Source: Ferrimonas kyonanensis DSM 18153 (GTDB lineage Bacteria > Pseudomonadota > Gammaproteobacteria > Enterobacterales > Shewanellaceae). Taken from it: a stretch of DNA of 32,000 nucleotides. The stretch spans positions 14,000-45,999 of the forward strand of contig NZ_AUDJ01000029.1 in NCBI RefSeq assembly GCF_000425405.1, in the 5' to 3' direction. The notes beneath the pieces are model-generated. The model had not been told where the DNA came from and did no database searches. It was given only the letters and a program-made list of their open reading frames with translations. The translations under genes were made by a program, and so were the position numbers. Shown in pieces: positions 1 to 6,203 of this stretch (the stretch's first letter is position 1; every line of letters starts with the position of its first letter).

Positions 1-428
1 TGTTCAGTTCGATCAGCGGCAAGGACAAGATGCACCGCAAGTTGCTCAGCAATTACAAAAAGATGATGTCAAAGCTCTACAGCTTTGGTTTTGCCGACCT
101 GAAATTGCTGAAGATCTACGATGTGATGGATCAGGAGCTCAACAGCTTACCTCAAGCCGGACCCATTGATGGCGACGCCCTCAATCGCATGGTTCGCTGG
201 GCGGGGGTGCTGGCTTCTGAGGCGTGCCTGGAACTGCACCTTTCGGGGCAGGATCAGCTGGCGCAGAGCCCGAACGTCACGGCCGGCTCGACCAGTTCAT
301 CGGCAGATTCAACTGCTAATCAACCAGCCAAATCGGTGCCAGCAGCTTCAACGCAAGCACCATCTAATGCAAACACGCCATTAAGCCCTGCTGTACAGCA
401 AGGCTCATTTGGTTTTTCCAATTTCTAA
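1..428 (+). CDS. 3' end of a CDS that begins upstream of the window. It has a low-complexity S/T/A/Q-rich C-terminal tail and may be the ATPase partner of the downstream VWA protein.
   Basis: The reading frame is open from base 3 with no stop until 426-428. The listed ATG at 30 is internal. A G/C hairpin and the next gene's SD follow directly. The function is guessed from the adjacency that is typical for MoxR/CobS-like ATPase and VWA gene pairs. Confidence 0.5.
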   Translation, partial: FSSISGKDKMHRKLLSNYKKMMSKLYSFGFADLKLLKIYDVMDQELNSLPQAGPIDGDALNRMVRWAGVLASEACLELHLSGQDQLAQSPNVTAGSTSSSADSTANQPAKSVPAASTQAPSNANTPLSPAVQQGSFGFSNF

Positions 429-434
429 TCACCC

Positions 435-453
435 GCCCCCCTTATTGGGGGGC
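435..453 (+). other. Intercistronic G/C hairpin (gcccccc-ttatt-ggggggc)
   Basis: A perfect 7-bp stem read directly from the sequence, lying between the stop at 428 and the start at 476. Confidence 0.6.
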
Positions 454-475
454 AAATCCAACCGAGGATCCAGTA

Positions 476-2236
476 ATGAAAGTTACTATTGCAAGGAAGG
501 TAAATGCCCTGCTGCGTGTCATGTCACCTCAAGCTTCCATTAAGGTGGTTTTTGGCCGTGGCGCGTCAGTCAGTTTCGCGAAAGATGTTCTTACGTTGCC
601 AGTGATTGATTTTAATGACGCCGACCAGCTTCGCCTGTTGGAAGGATGCATGGATCATGAAATCGGCCACGTGGATGAAACTGACACCGCGGCAGGCAGG
701 GAGGCCGTTCGCTTATATCCTCCCGTGGTTAGAGATCTTTGGAATTGCATTGAAGATGTACGCATGGAGAAGTGTCGCATCGAAAAGTGGCCAGGCAGTC
801 GTCGCAATCTCTCAGGGCTGGTAGACCAAGCCATCAAGCAGGACTGGTTCGCAGTGCCCGATGAGAGTCGGGTGAATTGGTTGCTGATTTCGAGCCTGCT
901 TTACCATGGTCGTACACATCACCTGCAGCAAGACCAGTTGCGTGGCTTTAACGATGTCGCCCAGCGATTGCTGCCGCGGTGCTTCGCTCCAGAGGTCGTA
1001 AGCGCCATTCAGTCGGTACACGCTGGCTGGAGTGATCTGTCGTCCAGTTTCGACTGCCTGGAGGCTGCGGTGTCTGTCTACAAGGCACTGAAGTCATCCA
1101 CGGAGTGCTCCGAGGACGATACCCAAGATCCTGGCGACGACGCTGCCCCTGGCACCGGCGGTGAGTCCGGTGACGCCGATGACCAGCCCGAGGACGCCGA
1201 CGGTGAGTCCGGTGACGCCGATGGCCAGCCCGAGGATGCCGACAGTGAGTCCGGTGACGCCGATGGCCAGCCTGAGGATACCGATGGTAAGTCAGACGGC
1301 GCCGACGGCGTGCCAGATGATGCCTCCGGCAATGATGGCAGCGACCAGCATAAAGCTCGTAACGCGGCTGAGGTGATAGAGGCTGACGAAACGATGCCGG
1401 ATCTTCATGATCTGGTGCGGGGTTTGTTGGAGCAGCACCACAGCGAACTCAATGCCCAGGATCGCTTACACCCCTTGATGCCTCAGCTCGAAACGGTCTT
1501 CTGTAGGCCGGGCCGAGTCGAACTCGACCAGGCTGTCGTCTCCACAACCAGACAGGTGTTTCAGCAAGCCATGATTGCTAGGCGGGCTAAGCCCGTAAGG
1601 CATGACCGGCGAGGCACCCACGTGAACCCTAACAGGTTGGCAGGTATTGGCTGTGGCAGACTCGAAGTGTTCAGGCGCCGGCAACAGCGCAGAGATGTAA
1701 CGGGTGCTGTAGGGTTCGTGGTTGATTCATCATCGAGTGTCAACACCAGTCAAATGGTAGAGATCAACAAGCTGGTACTGTCCATGACCACTGCCATCAC
1801 TGGTTTGCGTGGTTTGGACGCTGCTGCCTTGTACTATCGGACCAGCCAAGACTTCCAACATGAACTCACCCCTGAGCGTGATGCCTATCTGGCGCTGAGC
1901 TTTGGCGACAAGGTTAGGCCTGATCGCTTTGGGGTATGGTCGAGTGGTGGCACACCAACGGGCAACGCCATGATGACCATGGCCTACCAGCTTGCTGGTC
2001 AGGAGGTGGACAAGAAGGTGATGATTGTCGTCACCGACGGCGAGCCAGACAGTCATGAGACCGTTGAACAAGCTTTGGCGCTTTGTGCTGACCTCGGTAT
2101 CCAGGCTTTTTGCCTCGGGTTTAACGATGCGGTTCAAGGTGGTTTTGACGATGCAGACTATGCCTTCATCGGCGAGCATCTTGAGTCTGCTCAAGCAGTA
2201 ATTCGGACCGAGTTGAAGCGGCGTTTGTTCGCCTAA
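476..2236 (+). CDS. VWA-domain protein (CobT-like or MoxR-associated type) with an N-terminal HExxH metallopeptidase-like motif and an acidic tandem-repeat linker
   Basis: A 586-aa ORF with the SD gaggat upstream. HEIGH is at aa 61-65 (nt 656-670). The C-terminal VWA signatures are the MIDAS-like VVDSSSS motif (nt 1724-1738) and VVTDGEPD. The central linker is the repeated 14-mer GESGDADxQPEDAD. Confidence 0.8.
   Translation: MKVTIARKVNALLRVMSPQASIKVVFGRGASVSFAKDVLTLPVIDFNDADQLRLLEGCMDHEIGHVDETDTAAGREAVRLYPPVVRDLWNCIEDVRMEKCRIEKWPGSRRNLSGLVDQAIKQDWFAVPDESRVNWLLISSLLYHGRTHHLQQDQLRGFNDVAQRLLPRCFAPEVVSAIQSVHAGWSDLSSSFDCLEAAVSVYKALKSSTECSEDDTQDPGDDAAPGTGGESGDADDQPEDADGESGDADGQPEDADSESGDADGQPEDTDGKSDGADGVPDDASGNDGSDQHKARNAAEVIEADETMPDLHDLVRGLLEQHHSELNAQDRLHPLMPQLETVFCRPGRVELDQAVVSTTRQVFQQAMIARRAKPVRHDRRGTHVNPNRLAGIGCGRLEVFRRRQQRRDVTGAVGFVVDSSSSVNTSQMVEINKLVLSMTTAITGLRGLDAAALYYRTSQDFQHELTPERDAYLALSFGDKVRPDRFGVWSSGGTPTGNAMMTMAYQLAGQEVDKKVMIVVTDGEPDSHETVEQALALCADLGIQAFCLGFNDAVQGGFDDADYAFIGEHLESAQAVIRTELKRRLFA
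1160..1327 (+). repeat. In-frame 42-bp tandem repeat: three good copies plus one degenerate copy, encoding the acidic 14-aa unit GESGDADGQPEDAD
   Basis: Units at 1160-1201, 1202-1243 and 1244-1285 are near-identical. Unit 1286-1327 is diverged. All are in frame with the VWA CDS. Confidence 0.9.
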
Positions 2237-2246
2237 CACTAACACA

Positions 2247-2288
2247 CCCATGCGGGGACACCCCCGCATGGGGGCTGTCCCCTTTTTT
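2247..2288 (+). terminator. Double hairpin followed by a T-run, placed after the VWA gene
   Basis: The first stem is cccatgcgggg-acac-ccccgcatggg, the second is gggg-ctgt-cccc, and tttttt follows. Confidence 0.65.
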
Positions 2289-2383
2289 ATCGGAGGCAGC
2301 TCACTGCCTTCACCTGCGGGTATCGCCAATGAGCTCGCTTGGAGCTTATTGGGATACCCGTAGGCACCAAATTGGAGGCAGTT

Positions 2384-3439
2384 ATGCAGAGTAATAAAAT
2401 TCAAGTAGCTAAGGAGCTAATCGACCGAAACGGTGGCATGGAAGTGCTGTTTCACTCGGCATTTCCAGAGTTGGATCTCGCCATAAAGCGTGCGCCTGCC
2501 CAGGTGCCGTGCCCGAAAACTGGTGAAGGCAATACGCGCTTTCGTCTGTTCCGGGATTGGCGAGAGACTGGAGGTGGCCGCACCAACGATGAAGTGATGG
2601 CTGATGTCATTGATCTCGTCGCCTATCTACGCGATATGAGCAAAGGTCAGGCGGCGGATTGGTTGATTGACTACTTCGGTGGCAATCGTGACATTCAAGT
2701 GCCCAACAGGGTGCGTCGACCCGTTGCTTATTGTAGTGAGGCAGAGGTCAGCAAACGTATCGGTCACATCAACAAGTTGAGCGCCAAGGCGGTCAGTGCA
2801 AATCGTGCCGACCCGGTACGGCTGTATTGCCAGCACCGCCGAATCGACTTTCCTGTATTACCGAGTTGTCTGGGTTATTGCGAAGATACCTACCATCCCA
2901 TACTGAAGACCTCTTTGCCGGCGATGCTGGCTCAGGTGGTCAACAAGGAGGGGTTGCTGGTGACGCATCATCGCACTTACATCACCCACGATGGCTACAA
3001 GGCGCCTATTGATCCTGAAGTTCAGAAGCTGATGATGCCCAGCGCCAGCACGCCAAATGGCTGCGCGATTCGGTTGTTTGAATCGTTGCAGCTGGCGGAT
3101 GGGAGTTACGCAGTTGCATTGAGCGAAGGGATTGAGACGGCGATGTCGATGACCAAGGTCACCGGTATTCCATGCTGGGCCGCAATTAGCAACACCATCT
3201 TGGAGAGGGTAGAGCTGCCAGATGATATTCGCCATGTGTTCATCATGGCGGATCGCGATCTGAACCAAGCAGGCTACAACTCCGCGGTGGTGTTGATGGA
3301 GCGGCTACAACGCGCAGGCCTCAACGTGGAGATCTATCTGCCACCTGAGGAGTTCCGGCCGGGGGAAAAAGCCGACTGGAATGATGTGCTGCGTGATGGC
3401 TATCCACACTTGTTTCCTTACTATCAAGAGGCGGCGTAA
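2384..3439 (+). CDS. Toprim-domain protein: a primase-like protein with a degenerate N-terminal primase-type zinc-ribbon region
   Basis: ATG at 2384 sits 5 nt after ggagg, so the listed TTG start at 2339 is less likely. The Toprim motifs are LSEGIETAMS (conserved Glu) and IMADRDLNQAG (DxD). The N-terminal PCPKTGEGNTRFRLF resembles the CPxCGGxDRFR ribbon but has lost most of its Cys residues. Confidence 0.8.
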   Translation: MQSNKIQVAKELIDRNGGMEVLFHSAFPELDLAIKRAPAQVPCPKTGEGNTRFRLFRDWRETGGGRTNDEVMADVIDLVAYLRDMSKGQAADWLIDYFGGNRDIQVPNRVRRPVAYCSEAEVSKRIGHINKLSAKAVSANRADPVRLYCQHRRIDFPVLPSCLGYCEDTYHPILKTSLPAMLAQVVNKEGLLVTHHRTYITHDGYKAPIDPEVQKLMMPSASTPNGCAIRLFESLQLADGSYAVALSEGIETAMSMTKVTGIPCWAAISNTILERVELPDDIRHVFIMADRDLNQAGYNSAVVLMERLQRAGLNVEIYLPPEEFRPGEKADWNDVLRDGYPHLFPYYQEAA

Positions 3440-3483
3440 CCCTTCGGGGTTACCCGCTCCACACATGCACCCTAAGGGTGCAT
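3436..3483 (+). other. Two consecutive hairpins at the stop codon of the Toprim gene
   Basis: The first is gtaaccc-ttcg-gggttac (UUCG loop, 3436-3453). The second is atgcaccc-taa-gggtgcat (3465-3483). Confidence 0.6.
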
Positions 3484-3649
3484 TCCTGAGTGGGTTCATA
3501 CAGCCCGTTTAGAAATGCATCAGTTTTTCCCTGCTCCGCATGAGTCATTTGGCCCCTGGCCAAACTTCTTCTTGTTGAGCAAGCACGACCCAACTGCAGC
3601 CTGTAGTTGGTTATTCACACCAGGTCTTTTTAAGGCCGCACTCACCCCG

Positions 3650-3694
3650 CATAGGGATCACTCCCTATGTCGGGATGTGATCCCTTGATTTTTT
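3650..3694 (+). terminator. Double hairpin plus T-run lying immediately upstream of the SD of the next gene
   Basis: The stems are cataggga-tcac-tccctatg and gggat-gtg-atccc, followed by ttgatttttt. The SD aaggag is at 3695-3700. Confidence 0.55.
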
Positions 3695-3705
3695 AAGGAG
3701 ATCAC

Positions 3706-4020
3706 ATGCAACAATATCAGAAGGTGCTTTTTCACCGTCTTCCTAAACCAAGCCATTGGGCCCTTGAGGTCAATGGTGAACTCGTTGGTGCAGCCAGGTT
3801 CGTTTGGATCTTAAAGCGAATCTGCTACTTGTACTGTCAGCGGAAAAACATAAGGCCTCGCCAGATCAAGGCCTATCGCTGCACCAAAGCCGGTGCACGC
3901 CTCATCAACTCAGATACCCCCATCAAGCACGTCCGCGTCTATCCAGGTGCGATCCTGCTGGTGGGTACCTCGCTGGCGTCTAAGCCAGTGTTGTCTGACG
4001 ACATCTCACTCTACGTTTAG
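3706..4020 (+). CDS. Hypothetical protein (104 aa)
   Basis: A strong SD (aaggag) lies 5 nt upstream of the ATG, and the gene sits in the co-oriented operon. Confidence 0.65.
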   Translation: MQQYQKVLFHRLPKPSHWALEVNGELVGAARFVWILKRICYLYCQRKNIRPRQIKAYRCTKAGARLINSDTPIKHVRVYPGAILLVGTSLASKPVLSDDISLYV

Positions 4021-4029
4021 GAGGTTCCT

Positions 4030-4410
4030 ATGTTCGTTCTCGAAGCTATTGGCTTGGACCGTTCTGGTCCCACTATGCGTAGCCGCAAGAAAACACTGGC
4101 CAGCGGACGCGACATGGATGCGGTGATTGAGTACGCCAGTAAGTATTGCGGTGACATTACTCCAGCCACCACGTTCCTTCCGATGCTGTTGCGCATAGTG
4201 GACTCCGAAGGCCGTTTGGTCTGCGGTGCCACTGTGGATAAACAGCATCGAGTTCTGTGGACATCACCAATCCGTGATGAAACCGCTCGGCAAGCGCTGC
4301 GGCGCGTCATGAGGCGCTGTAACAACTTATATCGAAGGTCAAAATTATCCCTCACCTTGGTTGCCCCGCAATACGCAAACGTGGCTGCCAGTCTCGCATC
4401 AAGTCGTTAA
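4030..4410 (+). CDS. Hypothetical protein (126 aa)
   Basis: The SD is taggagg, and the gap from the previous stop is 9 nt. Confidence 0.65.
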   Translation: MFVLEAIGLDRSGPTMRSRKKTLASGRDMDAVIEYASKYCGDITPATTFLPMLLRIVDSEGRLVCGATVDKQHRVLWTSPIRDETARQALRRVMRRCNNLYRRSKLSLTLVAPQYANVAASLASSR

Positions 4411-4427
4411 TTTATAGGAGTTAATTT

Positions 4428-4601
4428 ATGCACTCGGTTCTTGATTTAGCCCACATCGGTGACGTGTGTTGCCAATTAAACGCAAGTGAGCGTGCTGCGC
4501 TGCTCGCCAAGCTTGATTTGACTGAGGAAGAGGTGCGCGAGGCTTCAGAATCATTGGATTTTCTGTTGACCGAAATCCCGGCTGAGAAGTACGCGCTATG
4601 A
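4428..4601 (+). CDS. Hypothetical small protein (57 aa), absent from the ORF track because it is under 60 aa
   Basis: The SD ggag lies 7 nt upstream of ATG 4428. The translation is MHSVLDLAHIGDVCCQLNASERAALLAKLDLTEEEVREASESLDFLLTEIPAEKYAL. Its stop overlaps the next start as ATGA (4598-4601). Confidence 0.6.
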   Translation: MHSVLDLAHIGDVCCQLNASERAALLAKLDLTEEEVREASESLDFLLTEIPAEKYAL

Positions 4602-4849
4602 ACACATCAACCGTCCCAGTAATCTTGATCCCCGTTAATGAGCGTCATTACTTGGAGGATTCGGTAATCAACCCAACAATCTTGGCCGGCTTAGCGGTCC
4701 ATGAGCATGGCGACTATGGCTTTTCGGTCATCGTCCCAGACCACCAGCGAATCTGTAGCATCAGCGAGATAGCACCTGTACTGGGGGCTTACCTGGCCGA
4801 GGCTTTAGACAACGGCTGCAAGTGGTTAATCATGGAACTGATTGATTAA
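4598..4849 (+). CDS. Hypothetical protein (83 aa)
   Basis: ATGA translational coupling to the preceding small ORF. Confidence 0.6.
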   Translation: MNTSTVPVILIPVNERHYLEDSVINPTILAGLAVHEHGDYGFSVIVPDHQRICSISEIAPVLGAYLAEALDNGCKWLIMELID

Positions 4850-4862
4850 GCAGTGCCGTCAA

Positions 4863-4891
4863 CCCTTACGGGGATCTATCCCCGAAAGGGG
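4863..4891 (+). other. Cluster of overlapping, mutually exclusive G/C hairpins
   Basis: The three alternatives are ccc-ttac-ggg, gggga-tcta-tcccc and cccc-gaaa-gggg (GNRA loop). Confidence 0.55.
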
Positions 4892-4919
4892 TAGGTCCCT
4901 CCACAAGAAGGATCGTCTT

Positions 4920-5192
4920 ATGAACACAATCAACGGAATTTCCCAGGTTTTACCTCATTTCAACTCTGCACCTTCTGCGCTGGTAGCCGTTCGACTGAAG
5001 CGCCCAGCATTTCTGCAGGTAGCGTCATCGGTCGCAGGGGTTACTGCTACCTGGTACAGCTGCTTCGGCATCGAGAACTTTGCGCAGCATCGAGCTCGCA
5101 ACGGGTTTTATAAAATCGAGGCGGGACAGATTACCAAGATCAGTGAGCATGAATTTGAACAGGGCATCGCCTTGGTCGGATTTTCAGCGTGA
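4920..5192 (+). CDS. Hypothetical protein (90 aa)
   Basis: ATG 4920 follows aagaagga. The listed start at 4842 would place the hairpin cluster inside the coding sequence, so it is disfavoured. Confidence 0.55.
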   Translation: MNTINGISQVLPHFNSAPSALVAVRLKRPAFLQVASSVAGVTATWYSCFGIENFAQHRARNGFYKIEAGQITKISEHEFEQGIALVGFSA

Positions 5193-5204
5193 TAAGGGGG
5201 CGGT

Positions 5205-5579
5205 ATGTTGAATCATGACAAGACTGTGATGCAGGGGTTCTGTATGTTGTACCAACTGGACATCGATGCTTGGCCAAAGACAATGCGCCAGTTCGAAGCA
5301 CTGTGCCGTAAGCAGCTTGGTATCGAGCGTGCGGAGCAAGCCATCGCTGACCTGAGGGAACTGCACTGCCGGTTTGAAGTGGGCCCAGATAGCGATGGTG
5401 TCGTTCTGTTGCCGGGAATGACCGAAATAGACACCGCTGAGCACGGCGACATTCAGCTGGCTTTCAACCGCAAGTATGGTGGCAGAATCCGCACCTTCAA
5501 AGCACCGGCCGCCGGTCAACTGGTTGCGTTTTTCCACGCGGCCATGAAGAACCCGCAGGTGGTTAGTATCAACATCTGA
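5205..5579 (+). CDS. Hypothetical protein (124 aa)
   Basis: The SD is aaggggg, 5 nt upstream of the start. Confidence 0.6.
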   Translation: MLNHDKTVMQGFCMLYQLDIDAWPKTMRQFEALCRKQLGIERAEQAIADLRELHCRFEVGPDSDGVVLLPGMTEIDTAEHGDIQLAFNRKYGGRIRTFKAPAAGQLVAFFHAAMKNPQVVSINI

Positions 5580-5594
5580 TCATCTTTAACCCTA

Positions 5595-5625
5595 CTGGGG
5601 AGTGTCCCCAGCATGGGGCACCCCC
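5595..5625 (+). other. Intercistronic hairpin pair
   Basis: The main stem is ctgggga-gtg-tccccag, followed by a gggg..cccc segment. Confidence 0.55.
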
Positions 5626-5637
5626 TTTGGAGGCCTC

Positions 5638-5898
5638 ATGCAGCTAGAACCTGCGCTTATCGAATACATCAATGCAATGGCCTGTCTCGAAACGGGCGAA
5701 TTTTTGTATAAAAAATACTGGCTAATCACAATTCATGAAAATGAAATGCTCTCTCGGCCAATAGACAGCCTTCCCGATGGCACAAAGCTTTGTGTTCTTG
5801 ACTGTCGGGAGCCGGGCCTCTCTAAACCAGCCATCGCTACTTTTAGGTTGGAAAACCTGGCTAAACATAGCCTCGCGGCATATTTGGAATCGCTCTGA
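5638..5898 (+). CDS. Hypothetical protein (86 aa)
   Basis: ATG 5638 follows ggagg. The listed start at 5602 lies inside the hairpin. Confidence 0.55.
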   Translation: MQLEPALIEYINAMACLETGEFLYKKYWLITIHENEMLSRPIDSLPDGTKLCVLDCREPGLSKPAIATFRLENLAKHSLAAYLESL

Positions 5899-6016
5899 AT
5901 TGGTAAATACGGAAAACAGGAGGGACCACCTCAGAAGACGATTTGATGTGCGAATGCGGTTGGGGCGGCGCAGACGCCAGTTTTAGCTACAGAGAAAGAA
6001 TGACCTTTTAAACAAG

Positions 6017-6042
6017 ACCCGCCTGGTGGCGGGTTTTTTTTT
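6017..6042 (+). terminator. Rho-independent terminator that closes the 0-6 kb operon
   Basis: The stem-loop is acccgcc-tggt-ggcgggt, followed by a run of nine T. Confidence 0.85.
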
Positions 6043-6203
6043 GGTTCACCTCTAATAAATGCAGGAAACCACCCTTAATCGGCTCGGTATCTGCAAAAAC
6101 TCTCATTAGCCAGCTCGCATACTAAGAATGCTAATGGACCTTTCACCTGGCGTTCACACTCGTGTGGCCATGGGGGGCTGTAACGTCAATGGAGAACGTA
6201 CTG

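Noticed and set aside
1160-1327. A 42-bp tandem repeat considered as a CRISPR array or non-coding minisatellite.
   Set aside because: There are no spacers, the units are contiguous, and they are in frame within the VWA CDS, encoding an acidic linker.
1730-2404. A 224-aa minus-strand ORF antisense to the 3' end of the VWA gene.
   Set aside because: It runs through the terminator hairpins and the SD of the Toprim gene. It has no SD and a protein-unlike composition. It is a typical shadow frame of GC-rich coding DNA.
6162-6203. A GTG start for the Cys-rich protein.
   Set aside because: ATG 6204 has a GGAGA at proper spacing and yields a canonical signal peptide at the very N-terminus.
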